From Camelus dromedarius (lineage: Eukaryota), in NCBI RefSeq assembly GCF_036321535.1, contig NC_087436.1:29948001-30012000 (forward strand): DNA of 64,000 nucleotides. The letters run 5' to 3'. Shown in pieces: positions 41,336 to 54,050 of this stretch. Every line of letters begins with the position of its first letter. The stretch's first letter is position 1. The translations under genes were made by a program, and so were the position numbers. The notes under the pieces were generated by a model. That model did no database searches. It was not told the DNA's origin and worked only from the letters and a program-made list of their open reading frames with translations.

Positions 41336-43619
41336 TAATAAGCAGTGTCACTGGTAAGACCCTGAAAATGAAACAGTCACTGAATTTGTCTTGAGGGTAA
41401 GTTACCCAGTTTACAGGTTCATAATATATCAGTATCTTAACTTTTCTATAATTATAAAACTTACAGGAGATAGTCAGCACACATGCAGTAACAGGTGTTC
41501 ACACATTTCATAAAATGAAGTGGATTTTTCATGGAATTCAAAATGATTTTTATCTCTACTTTAAAACATGCAACATGTTCAAAAAATCATGATGACTGTA
41601 TTTAGATATCAAGTTATGCATGCTTTCTAAAAGGAAAATATTTCACTGTTTTCATCATTTGGTATAATTATGAACTATATATTAAAACCAGGCATAAAAT
41701 TCAAATAGCTATATATTGTATATAAACTCTCTTAGGGTATTGGTGCCCAATTAACCTCATCAAATTGTAGATATGGAAAATCAGGGAGATACTAAGTTGC
41801 TGTAATGGAATAAGATGAAACCCATGAAGATATTAATTTAAAATTTATTTTGGAAAATAGAAAATGTCACCTATACTCAGTCACCATGGTATAATGAGAG
41901 ATTTCGTTAATACTTACAAGTTTTTGTTTTCTACAACTAACTATTCAGGTTGTATTCATATTTCTTCCATAATATTTTAGCACATAAAAATAAGCTTGCT
42001 TTCATTGAGACATTAATTAGAATATATTTTTCAATCTCCTAAATTGGCTTCTTACCTGCTATTTGAGCTTTATCTAACTACTATAATCTTAGTAAAAACA
42101 TAACTTTCAAATAAACCATATAATAAGTATTCTGCCTTAGTTCTGCCTCTATGTCTTTTCCTCTAAGGTCTGTACAGTCATAAATAATAATCTTCCTACT
42201 CTTCATTAAATTGACTCATAGCTCTCCTTGAAAGTTTTTTCAGTCATAAATCTGAGCTCCACTCTCAAGCACTATCTGATGATTATGCCATGTACCATTC
42301 AGTGACTCCTTTGGAAATTACAATAATTATTGTTTACATTTCTCGTGCAAAAATAGTGAATTGAGAGAGGAGACAGAAAGGTGTACAGATGGACAAATGA
42401 CAGCTGCACAGATGTACAGATTAATAAGTGGATAGGGAGACAGGTATACAAGTAGAGATAGACAGATAATAATTATAAAGAGATACATAGAGCCACTTAA
42501 CAACCTAATTGAATGAAATATATTACAACTACATATATGCTATATAATATAAATTTGAAAATACTGTATACTCACACATATGTATAAACATATATACATG
42601 TATATCTGTATAGTATAAATTCTGAAATATTATACATACATGCATGTACACACAAACATATACATACATACATACCCATATATGCATATTTATGTCTAAT
42701 TTAATTTTGATTATATTCTTTGGAGTCAGCTTCAAAGTCTTAAGATGTTCCTTACTGTTCCTGAAATTAGGTAAATTATTTGAAATTAAATAACAGAAGC
42801 AAATAACATAAGATTGTTAACCTGTATGCCAAACACCTTCCACAATAAAGATAACAATATTCACTCACTCTGCCTTATTCTTGTCCTATGAAGAAATTTC
42901 TGACCTTAGCAGTGTTGGCTACTTTCATTTAACTCTACATATATAAATTAAATACTACTATATAAAATATATCCATTTCAAAAAAAGTCTGTTAAAATTT
43001 ATAAAATACTATATCAAGCATATAAAAATGAAAACAGAACTGTACTATAAACTAGACTCTAGACTGGAATTCTAAGTCGGCTATTAATCAGCGATTTTGA
43101 CCTTTGTTACATTACTTACACTGCTCATGTGTAGTACTGAAAGTATTGATTAAATAATTTCTAAAGTTAAATACCTTTCTAAAAATGTTCACATCTTCAT
43201 ATAATAGATTTATAGTTAGTATTTATTTATATGTGTATCACAACTGGTTTATACCTGCAATATTTACTTATTTGTGCTGAGACAAGACTGTGTATGAAAA
43301 GCTGAACTGTAATAGATGAGAAGGGAAGAAAAAAAATTGCTTGCAAAACCAATTTGTTCATTCTTTTGAAGAGAAATGCTATAATTGTTTTTGTTAGAAA
43401 TACAATTCTAAATTGTCAATGGATTATGGGGTGGAGCACCCTTCGATATATAGTATCATATTTTTACTATACCTTAGGACTTTCTGATAGATGAAAAATA
43501 TCTTAAAAGCAATTTGTGACTTACAAATAAAAGCTATTTTGGCTATTTAACAAATATATTTAATTCCTTGGACTCTGATATATTTATTGTTTTATTTACT
43601 TAGCAATTCTCAAGATACA

Positions 43620-44034
43620 AGTGTTTAAGAGCTGAGTGAGGAGGATCTGTGTATGCTAATTGACTTTACCTAAAGGAAACATTAATTTTTGTGTATCTCA
43701 TGACAGGAAGCAGTTTACAACTTGGAGGATAGCACACTCCAAACTTAGGCTCCTACCCTCCCACAGAGATGGAGAGAGATGGGGCATTATCTTTCTTGGT
43801 GATGACACTACAATGACACAGTTCCCTGGTTCGAGGGTCCTTCAGAAAGATATTTGTGTCGTAAAAACTTGCAAAAGGCTTTTAAAAGATTTACATCTCA
43901 AAGGATCAGAGTTTTTTTGAAGCAAGTGTTCTTTAAAAAAAAAAAAAAAAGGCAAGTCATGAGCAAAAAATGAGGAAGAGAAGCCTTTCTAAAGTTTAGT
44001 CAAGCTGAGGGGAACTTTAAGACATTCTTGATCA
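43620..44034 (-). mobile_element. MER31/MER67-like ERV1 LTR, 3'-truncated
   Basis: Minus strand TGATCAAGAATGTCTTAAAGTTCCCCTCAGCTTGACTAAACTTTAGAAAGGCTTC. Confidence 0.8.
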
Positions 44035-44646
44035 ATATCCATGGGCTTTCGTATATGGGCTTAGAAACAGAATCTTACCAGCTTAATTTTGTCTAACTCT
44101 TTCCTCAAACTTGCCATGATTATATGGCAACTTAATAATATATTTGTTGATGGAATCACGTTTAACTTAGAACATGAAGATAAATGTGAATGGCCAAGCT
44201 GTTTGGTGACACACACTGACTTATTTTTCTGCCAGTATAATAATGAATAGCCGTTCAATGCCTGGTTTTGTTACTAAATGGCCAGTTGTCATTACAAAAC
44301 ATAACAAATCCTAGGGTAGTAACTGTTGAACAGTGATTAAAGTGGCATAGTTCTTTTAGTATCTTTTGGAACTATTCGGTTCATTAGGACTAATTATATT
44401 CACGGATATCACCATGACAAACTGAGATTCAAACTTTCAGGTTTGTTGTGCCTAAAACATCAGAATTCACATGCTGAATTTTAGTAAATTCTCTTATTTA
44501 GCAATAATTATAGTTGTACAAATTTAGTAGATAGGTAGCTTTCAAATACAACATCTTCTAGAATCATATGTTATTCATGCCCCTTCATTATTTCACTATT
44601 TTGAGAATATGTTTGGAAATTTTAGAAGATATATTATATTTTAGGC

Positions 44647-45012
44647 AGTTGACTTTAAACAAATAGACTAGTTATTTCTTCAGCAAAAATGGCTTTATTC
44701 AAAATCATCAGAGAATTGCAACTTAGGGTCTGCATCCATGGCAAGCCATGTGCAAGTCCCCACACAGCAAGGAGAAGGGAACTTTTAATCAGGGGAAAAT
44801 GAAGTTTAGAGAGCTATGGTAGATAAAAGAGTGTGCATCAGAGGAATTGAGAATTTGAAAAATAGTGGTTTTTTCATTGGCTGAGTTATTGAAAGGCAAA
44901 AAGGGGAAGTCTTTTCCTGTTGGGCTCTGCTATTGCCATAAGGACTAAAAACTCCCCCTTCTGGCCTCCTAACTCAATTTAAATTAAAGATTATGTTTAT
45001 TATTTTTTTACA
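44647..45012 (-). mobile_element. 3' LTR of provirus
   Basis: Minus strand TGTAAAAAAATAATAAAC...AAAGTCAAC, directly preceded by the PPT. Confidence 0.93.
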
Positions 45013-45024
45013 TTTCTCCCTTTT
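45013..45024 (-). other. Polypurine tract
   Basis: AAAAGGGAGAAA abutting the TG of the 3' LTR. Confidence 0.9.
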
Positions 45025-45344
45025 GATCAAAAAAGAATCATTGATCAATGGTCAGCTTTTCAGATTTCAATGGCTCTCTGTTCCTTAATGCCAGGAAGGA
45101 CTTTTCCTTGTTGTTATGTCCCACATCAGAGGGAAAGTGCACATACTGGAAACCAATTAAGGTCACACTTGAGTAACAAGGAGAGGTAGGAGGGAAAATT
45201 CTCAGACATGTTTTACCTAATGTCCATAGATTATCAAGAACACAGACATTGGAGCCAATCTAAAGGGTATGTCATCCTCAAAGGTTTGGCAGACAAACTT
45301 CCAACAAGCCTGGTCCAGATTTCTTGGAAAGGCTATCTCATCAG

Positions 45345-48014
45345 ATGTCATCTGCTTGAATTCTAGAAAATCTATACTTTCAGGTCACCAGATGATATGC
45401 AGTTTCAGTCAGGGTTTGGTGTTTTGTTTAAGTGTGTCACGTGGATCTAAGAGTTCTTTCTGTGAAGTTTGGTGGCACAAGGGTGCAGTACCTGATTGAG
45501 GTCTTTCCAGTGAAGTTGAACAGAATCTTTCTAGAGGTATTTTTTTTTCCAATTGACAAAATCTTCAGGTCGCAAGGTATGATGTTTAAGCTCTCCATCA
45601 GAATGCACTGTGAAAGGATTGCTCTACTGAAACATGGTTATTTTTAATAGCTGAAAAGTAGGCCTGTGTAATATTGGAGTATCTCTATCATGTGTGGGTC
45701 AAAAGAAGCAGGAACCAAGTGCAGTGGGTATCCTGTGACTGTCTCAAAGGGTGAGAGTTTATGAGTTCCAAAAGGGGTGGATTTGAGATTTAGAACGACC
45801 AATGACAATGCTTCTGGCTAAGATATTAGGAGAGCCTCCACAAGTTTTGTCAGTTGAGCCTTAATAATCCACTAATGTCTTCCACTAAACCAGAGGATTG
45901 CGGGTGGGAAGTGCAATGAAAGTGTTGTAAAACTGGTCCAACAGTACAGACTTATTGAAGTAGCTGAACAATTAAAATGGGTTCCTCTATCACTATGAAG
46001 TTTGATTGGAGTTCCTCATGTCAGGATAATCTTTTCTGAAAAGAGCTTTAGCCACAGAAGAGATAGTCTCCTGTCTATAAAAAAGGATTCAGTCTAGTGT
46101 GAAAACATACAGACCATAACTAAAACATATCTATATCCACGAGATGAAAGAAGTTGTATGAAATCCAATTGCCAGACCTCAAATAGTCCATTATGCAGTT
46201 TAAAATGTCCAGAAGTAGTACAAACAGTCTTCTCTGGGCTGTATTTTGGAGAAATGGGAAAGTGAAGTAGGTACTTTTGTGGCCTTTTTAATGTCTCCCC
46301 ACCACTAGTGACTCATGAATGCTATCATGTTGTCAACAGATCCATGTTAATGCATGTACAGTGGTGAGGAGTGGGGATTTTAGGGTCTCTGGTAGGACAG
46401 TGCTGTTATTTTGTCTGAAACAGAGCTTTCTCTTTTTTTGATACAACAATTGTTGAATTTCCAATCTTGTTTTTCCAATTGTCGGGCTTCTGTAGTCATT
46501 TTTTTTAAGTTATCATTTGAGGAAATATTTGTTTAGACTATGACCAAGGTTTGGCTCCTGTTGTTTTCTTTAAGGGCAGCATTTCTCATGGAAATGTCAA
46601 TACCTTCCCTTAGCTGTCACAATGTCAAGTTTAGGATTCCTTGGAATCTTAATAATAACTAAAGCAGCAGCTTTATTATTTATTTTATTGCATCCAGTAA
46701 TCCCTGAACATGGGACAATTTAAAAATTTTTATTTGTTTTCTGCTAGAAATAAGAAAGCCATGTTACTCCACAACACTCCAAACTCATGAGCTACTTAAA
46801 AAGCATATATACCATCAGTATAAATATTGGCAGTTTTGTCCTTGGCTAAAGTACAAGCCATGTAAGAGCATATGTTCAGCCTGTTGGGTTGAAGTAACCA
46901 TGGCTAAAGATCCTGTCTCAACAACTTCAAAAAGAGTTGCAGTAGCAAACCCAGCATATTATTTGCCTTTGCCATCTTTTGAATAAGAACCATTAGTGAA
47001 CCATGAGAAGTCAGTGTTACCCTAAAGAATTTTCTGCAGATTATTGCTGAGAGTCAGAAGATCACCTGTCAGTGTTAGCAGCATGAAAAACTTTGTCAAA
47101 GATAAAGGGGAGAGGAGAAACAGGTTTAAGGTTATTGCAGCATTAGAGTCATGAGGGGCAGTGACCTAAAGGACTTCACAGGAGGTGAGATGGCTGACTG
47201 AGAAACATTGAGTGTAGTGAGAATTCAAGAGGGCTTTCACAGCGCGAGATATAAAACATGGTTAAAGTGATTCCACAATTTCTTAGTAGCCTTAATCAAT
47301 GGGTAGTCTCAGTAATGGCTTTCAAGGAATAGGCATCCCAGGGTCCAGTTTCTGGCAATAACACTCTATGGGTGATGGTGGCCCCTGTATTTTGTGGTGA
47401 GTATCCTCAGGGCATTCCCTTTCTTTTCATATATGAAAAGGAAAAAGGGAATCTGATCATTAGGATACCCAAGGCAGGTGGATTCATCAACTCTCCTTTA
47501 AGCTTTGAAGACTGTATCATCCTGTTCTTCTGATGAAATTGAGTCAGTGTTGTTATTATTGAGTAAAATATAGAGGTTTGGCCACAAGGGAGAAATTTGA
47601 AATCCAATTTAAGCAGTGACCAACTAGCCCAAGAAAACCCTACTGCTGTCTCTAGTTTTGGATTTTGGGAAACTGAGGACTCCATGAAGTCTATTTGGAT
47701 CTAGGTATAATTTTTTTTGATATCAGATGCCATAAATACTGAATGTGGGTTTGGACAGACTGCAATTTTTCTTTGGTGATCTTATGTTTAAGGTTAAAAG
47801 CTTTAGCAAGTGCATGTTGTCTTCCAGTGAGGAGACTTGAGAAGGAGAACAAGGAAGCAAATCATCCACATGTTTCAACAGAGGAAACTTTGTGTCATCC
47901 AAGTCAGCGTTTAGAATTTGTGAGAAGTAAGACTGAGGTTTTGTGTCCAGGTGAATTGTTTTATTCCCGAGTGAAGGCGAAAGGTATTGGCAATCTTTAC
48001 CAATTGGAATACTA

Positions 48015-48045
<31 letters not shown>

Positions 48046-48874
48046 TGCATAAGTCAATTACAGTAGAGAATTTACTTCTGGTGGAAATGAATGTTAGTAA
48101 TGTATGGGGGTTAGGAGCAACAAGGTGGACAAACCTCCACTCTTGGCTGTTAGATCTTCTCACAGGTAAAATGAGAGAGTTACAGGGACAAGTACAAATG
48201 CTAATGAGACCTTAAGCCTTGTAATCTTCTATTATTGGTTTTATACTTTGAAGGGCTTCTTTACTTATAAGGTATTGATTAATTCTGAAAAAGAGATTTT
48301 GAGGAATGTATTAGAATCTTGATGAGAGGTGTGCTGTGAATTTTACCATTATCATTTGGAGATTTCGCCCAAAAGAAGGTGGTAGCTGATTCAACAGGGA
48401 CAAATGATCAGTGTTTTCAGAATCAACTTTAGGACCAGTATCCTCAGACACTGACAAATAAAAGATATCAGAGTTATTTAAATCATCTGGCTGGCTGCTT
48501 TTACAGCTATGTCAAATTCTAGAATGGTTTCCCCCTTTTGGAAGAAAGAAATTTTGGTATAATACTTCTCTGAGAAGTCTTAACCTAAAAAATGGTTAGG
48601 GTCCAAGGAAGTAAGGAGAATAAGGTGTTTAGCTCTCAGAAGGCCTAAACAAAAGGAAATATGCTCAGAGACAGAAACATTTTGAAGTTAGTGATCCCCA
48701 CTATTTGAACTGTTTAAGTACCCAACGCAGTGCTTAAAGGGTGGCTGCTTCATTGTAGCAAGGTTGCACACTGAAAGTATCAATTAAGACTAGAAAAGAT
48801 TCATCTGTAAAAGTTTCTCCAAGATGATACAGAGGGAAGATTGGGTAGAGATTCTGTAGTTCCCCAGAGCCTCA
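45345..48874 (-). pseudogene. pol: Retroviral pro-pol pseudogene (PR, RT, RNase H, IN) with many stops and frameshifts
   Basis: PR LIDT at about 48776-48787 (GA of DTGA lost); RT IDLCSAFF and LLKHVDDLL; RH WFTNGSY near 47000; IN WQLDF near 46165 and HPQSSG near 45900; C-terminal IHVTHL. Confidence 0.93.
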
Positions 48875-50290
48875 TCACTGAGAACTGGGAGGACATTGGA
48901 AAGGCTGATTAGACAACTAAACGTACCTAAAGGACTTGACTTTGTAAACAGTGTCTTTTCTGATGTCCTGGCTCTTTGCAATAATAGCAGAAACAAGAAG
49001 GGTTTTGGTTTCCATCAGGGGCCTTCATTTACTGGAGCTGGATTAAGAATTTTGGTGTTCTTCCTTTGAGGTGGTTCATCAGAATTAGAGGTTTGCAGAA
49101 TTAACTAAATATGGAGTAGATACAGTTTCTTATTCTATCCTGGCCTTTTTTATAGAAAAGAAAGGCCCATTAATAAGCATAGAGTTAGAAGCTACCGAGG
49201 TAGAATCAACATCTGAATGAAGACCAGAATTTTCCTTGAAAATAATCTGAGGTCAATTTTAATAGTTATGAATAGGTTCATTAAGTTTTCGTGTGCAAGC
49301 GTGAAGTGTGTTCCAAATAACAAGCTTTGGAAAAGCCCTAAGAGTTGCTAAATGAAGTTGCCTAGTGATTGCCCAAGCCTGATTACATGGGAAGTTAGTA
49401 GAATGGTCTGGTTGTAATTCTGGAAACCTTTGAGAATTTTCTCAGTTATCTCTTTTCGTCCAGGTTGGGCCTGGCCTTCACTGACAACCATATGACCTAG
49501 ACGATCCAAATCAGAGAAATAAGGTTGATAAGTCTAAATGACTATTACTAAATTCCTCATAAAAATCTCTGAAGGTCTTTGGTTACATTGGGAAAACCTT
49601 TGACTGTGGGTTGCCATTCAGTTCTAGTCCAGGAAATATAAGAATTAAAGAGTTAAGCCTCTGGATCCTCAGAAAGCTTAATTTTGAAGGGACAGATTCT
49701 GACAAGTCCAGGAAAAAAAAAGGGGGGGGGGAAATGGGGAGAATTTCAGGGAAATAGGGAAATTTAGCTAGATAATTAGTATGGGAAACTTGAGAGTCTG
49801 GAGGAGTTATAGCTGGTGTAGAATGGAGGAGGATGGTGCTGCCAGAGCCAGGGCCTGAGCACGAGGAGCATGAGGAGCACGAGGAGCATGAGGAGCATGG
49901 GGAGCACGAGGCCATGGTATCCATCTTCTCTGTCTTTAATCATTTGTTTGCCTCCGTCCATCTTAAAACCATATTTGGCAGAGAGGTAGTGTTAGGGTCC
50001 TGATAATATTTGAAAGCCTCAAAATACTAATCAAAATAGCATTTTACTCAGTTCTGGAAAATTTTAAGCTATGGCTGTCCAATCAGGTTTTAAGAAAACT
50101 TAGTTTAGGGAATTCAGAAGTTCCCATAATGACCATTGTTGTTCTAAATTGCCTTTGGGTCGATTCGTCCATTTAGTTAGAAAGGAACATGAGGAAGAAC
50201 TGTGGTTTTAAACCATAAAATTGGCTGGGGTTCCTGTGTGTCAGAGTTGCGGGGTGGGGGTGTCAAATATTTACATAACCGGGATCCCAT
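48875..50290 (-). pseudogene. gag: Retroviral gag pseudogene
   Basis: ATG GGA TCC (MGS) at 50290, matrix-like GTPANFM...FLTKW, CCHC knuckle CYYCKEPGHQKRHC at 48948-48989, TGA at about 48875. Confidence 0.88.
49857..49910. repeat. 9-bp minisatellite x6 inside gag
   Basis: gagcacgag gagcatgag gagcacgag gagcatgag gagcatggg gagcacgag. Confidence 0.95.
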
Positions 50291-50340
50291 TTCTCAGAGT
50301 CTTTTTTTTTTTTTTTTCCTAGAGTAAAAGAATGATTTTC

Positions 50341-50400
50341 AAACAGTCTGAATAGCTCAGGCAGCTTAAACAGTTCAAACAGCTTAGACAGCTCAAACAG
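50341..50400. repeat. Degenerate 9-bp tandem repeat in ERV leader
   Basis: aaacagttc aaacagctt agacagctc aaacag. Confidence 0.7.
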
Positions 50401-50770
50401 CCTGCAGGCCCATTACCAGCCAGTTCTGAGGGAACGGTCTAGTCCAAAGCAGCCAAGCCAAAGGCTGCCCAGCACAGCTCTAATGGAACAACCTAGTTTC
50501 CATGGAGTCAGGCTGATGCTTGAACAGCCCCTGTTCCAAAAGAAACCAGGCTGAAGTCTAGACACTTTCAGTTGGAACAGTACCGGCTGAAGGGCCAACC
50601 AAGGACTCACATACAGAAAAAGAAAGGGCAGAGCCTTAAAACAGACCCGAATATAACCTGGGGAGCTTTGAAATGCAAAGAGGTGGGGGGTTCTGATCCA
50701 GAGAAAGACTTTCTCTCAAATGCCAGGGTCAGCAGGAAAAGCTGTGAGCAGTAGTGGGCTCAATGTGGGT

Positions 50771-50780
50771 TCATACCTGT
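50771..50780 (-). promoter_or_regulatory. Probable retroviral major splice donor
   Basis: ACAG|GTATGA about 50 nt downstream of the 5' LTR. Confidence 0.55.
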
Positions 50781-50828
50781 TTGCTCACCAGCCTCAGAGT
50801 TGTCAGGGGTCTTCTCCAGATCGCAAAA

Positions 50829-51193
50829 TGTTGACCTTACACAAAAAGACTGCCAGTTATTTTTCTAGCCAGAATGGGTTTATTAGGGATTAGCAGAGAG
50901 TTGCTATTTGGGGTCTGCAACCATGGTGAACCATGTGCAAGCAGAGAACTCTTTCGAAGAGAGGAAGAGAAAGATGGAAGGGACCTAGCACACAGAAAGT
51001 CTGCTGGAAGAATTGAGGGTTCAAATATAGCGGTTTTTCACTGGCCTAGTTGTGACCATCGCATTGTCTGAGCTCTCGCTGGGCAAGAAGTCTTTCTTCC
51101 TCCTGCTGGGTTCTGCTACCGTCATAGGGCCTAAGAACTCTCCTTTCTGGCCTCCCAACTCTATTTTCATTGAGGTTGCTGCTTATTTTTACA
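50829..51193 (-). mobile_element. 5' LTR of provirus
   Basis: Minus strand TGTAAAAATAAGCAGCAACCTCAAT...AATAAACCC...AGGTCAACA; the following primer-binding site (PBS) is degenerate (TTTTGCGATCTGG). Confidence 0.93.
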
Positions 51194-51829
51194 AGGCCAA
51201 CTATATTTTTTTTCAAAATTTAGAATATAATGAACTACAATAAGTGACATCTGACATAGAACCCTGTTGAGTACAATTTTAATTTACATATTATGATCCC
51301 TAAACAATGCTTAATTGGCTTATCATAATGTGAATAAAGCCAGTAACTTCATGATTGATCTTATAATTACTATAAAAATGATTCATAGTTTTTAAGAACA
51401 CTCCTCCCTCTGAGAGCACTTTCCTTTGAATCTCTAAGGTTCTCCCCAATAACGTCTCAAAATGCACAACAGATCCTATAAGGTCAAATCTCAGCACTCC
51501 CCTTGATTTATCAATAAGTCACAATCATTTCAAGCGGAGAGACAATATATTAATGATATTGCCTCAATAAAATATGGATATATAGCTAGATGAAAAAGGA
51601 TGGGGTGATATTTTTTAAAAGAAATAAGTCATTTAAGTCTCACACTGATTTTGAATATATTGTGTAAGTTAATCATACATATAGAATATGAAAATATATT
51701 CTACTTATTGGAACTTTAGTCCTCAGACATGAGTTATATGAAAACTAGTATAAGGTGCTACTGCTTGATCTCTTATGCTGGAAAAGCCAATATGTTTCCA
51801 TATTTTAGTGTCTCTGTTGAAAGAGTGGG

Positions 51830-52810
51830 GTAACATCACATTGGAAAGGAGTCAGCAGGCTCTTACACAGTTAAATATATTCCTACTGTTCAGTCTGTGC
51901 ATTCTACCTTCAGATATTCACACAAGAGAAATGAAAACATATGTCCACACAAAAACTTGTATTCAGATGTTCAGACAAAAATCTGAACATTCCCTGATGA
52001 GCCCTAATGGAAAATTAATTGTGGTGCCTCTCGTCAATGGGGCATTACTAGCAAAGGAAAGAAATGAACTACTAACAGATAGAACAACATGGAGGCATCG
52101 CCAAAGCGTTCTGCTAAATGCAGGAATCAAGAAATTTTGGCTACATATATTATCTATTACACATACAGTTTCTGTTAAGTGAAGTTCTTAGAAAAAAGAA
52201 AAACTACAGTGATGGAAAGTACACTAAGGGTTGCCAGTGTCCAAGACACATGGAAAGGGGATCCAGCACAAAGTGGCACAAAGGAACAGTTTGGATGACA
52301 GGTTTGAAGTTTCCATTGCCGTCTTGTAAGCATAATGGATCCTGAATAGAGGTTTTCTCTCTTTGGCTTCAGTGCTTAGGCCGAGATCTTTGTGGTGTTT
52401 GTGAAAAACATGAGACAAATTCAGTGGAGGAGGACCCTATAAATTCAGTGACCCAGTACTCCTCAGAATTGTTAAGGTCATCAAAAACAAGAAATATCTG
52501 AGGAATTGTCAGAGCTAAGAGGATCCAAAAAGATATGGCAACTAAATAAAATGTGGCATCCCAGGTGGCATCCTAGAGCAGAAATAAGATATTGGATAAA
52601 GTCTAAGAAAATCTGAATGAACAATGGATTTCAGTTAGTAATAATGTGTCAATATGGATTTATTAATTGTAGTAAGTATACCCTATTAATGTATAACCTT
52701 ATTAATGTTAATAGAGAAATTAAGCATAAGATATATGGGTACTGTTGCCTCAGTTCTTCAGTATATCTAAACCTGTTCCTAAAGTTAAAGTCTATTGTGA
52801 AAAATGTTAA
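51830..52810 (+). mobile_element. L1MC/L1MD-like 3' region (possibly two joined fragments)
   Basis: agagaaatgaaaacatatgtccacacaaaaacttgta; gtactcctcagaattgttaaggtcatcaaaaacaag. Confidence 0.8.
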
Positions 52811-52993
52811 AAATATATATATATATGTTTAATACATAAACAGGCATAATACAATCATTCAATATTCTATAGTTAGTTATCATATTCTACATCTTTTGCA
52901 TTTCTTGGATTGTTATTGAATAAATAGGAATAATCTTTAACCACCTACTAAATTTTTTTTTTTTTAATATGACTGAAATACAATGAGTAAAAG

Positions 52994-53648
52994 TGTTACC
53001 AAACCAATCTTGTGTTTGCCGGTAAAGCCAATCTACTGACACCAGGTTGTGATGAAGGAAAAAGTGCAACATTTATTGCAGGTACCAATAAGGAGTACAA
53101 GTAGCTAATGCTCAAAATACCCAAATTCCCTGTTGGATTTCAGGGAAGAGTTTTTAAAGGCAGAATGAGGGAGAGAGTCTCGGGGTGCATGATCAGCTGG
53201 TGCATAATTCTCTGGTTGATTGTGAGGTAACAGACTGATGCCGCAGAGACTAACGTCATCATTCCTCAGACTCCAGCTGATCTGGGGGCTGTGTGTCCCT
53301 GGACATCATGCAGTTAGCTTCATCCATCTGGTGGGGGTTTTGGTATCTGTAAAATGACTCAGAAATGTGCATCAGACACTGTTATCTATGTCCTTCGGGG
53401 AGGAACTAAAGATTTTGTGACTCTGCTATATGGCTGATCTGTTGTTTCCATTGTTACCAATTTTCCTGGCCCAACTGCTTTTCTTTCGTTACATTTACAT
53501 TCTTCCAATTATTCACTCTTGAGCCCAACTTCTGTGACTCAGGGAAGTCCTAGGAGACTAAAACTTTTCGACAAACAAGAGACAGGTGAAGGACACTGGG
53601 GGAGTGGTGTTTGTCTCAGGAACACCCCATAGGGTCCTGCTTGGTACA
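52994..53648 (-). mobile_element. ERV1 solo LTR (laurasiatherian type) with 4-bp TSD
   Basis: Minus strand TGTACCAAGCAGGACCCTATGGGG...TTTGGTAACA; TSD AAAG at 52990-52993 and 53649-53652. Confidence 0.92.
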
Positions 53649-54007
53649 AAAGGCTTAAGAGTTTTTTGAATGTACAGCTAACTTATACTACATTATGATA
53701 AAGAAAATATATATTTCATAATAATTTTGCTATTTTTTAAATTTAAAAATCAAGATGCCTTCATATAGGTCTTAATAGCTGCTTTATCATTTCTTTCCAA
53801 ATTATTTACATATACTACAATCCATTTTAATGTAATGATATAAATTTTCTAATATCATTTCCTTGTTAAAGATGGAGTACTGTAAGTGTGAAAGTGTTTT
53901 ATGTAATTATTTTGATGTCTATTCCTTTGAACGTCAATACTTTTGTTTTCACACAGGAGAAGATATTATTTTGCCAATGTTAAATTCACAAAGCAACTTA
54001 CTTTTAC

Positions 54008-54012
<5 letters not shown>

Positions 54013-54046
<34 letters not shown>
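54013..54046. repeat. (AC)17 microsatellite
   Basis: Seen directly. Confidence 0.95.

Positions 54047-54050
<4 letters not shown>

Larger units (their letters stand above)
44647..51193 (-). mobile_element. Env-less class I (gamma-like, MER4-group-like) endogenous retrovirus, LTR-gag-pro-pol-LTR, decayed
   Basis: Two homologous LTRs of about 365 bp; TSD AGGC at 44643-44646 and 51194-51197; PPT; Gag, PR, RT, RH and IN motifs in order. Confidence 0.95.

Noticed and set aside
44647..45012. G/A differences between the LTRs as APOBEC3 hypermutation
   Set aside because: The excess A is on the antisense strand of the provirus, the wrong polarity, and is partly explained by CpG decay
47723..48163. 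146-aa RT ORF as a domesticated retroviral gene
   Set aside because: YVDD is altered to HVDD, a poly-T expansion gives a poly-Phe run, conserved segments are deleted, and frameshifts flank it
49583..49961. Cys/Ser-rich metallothionein-like or signal-peptide-like ORFs
   Set aside because: Products of the 9-bp minisatellite within decayed gag
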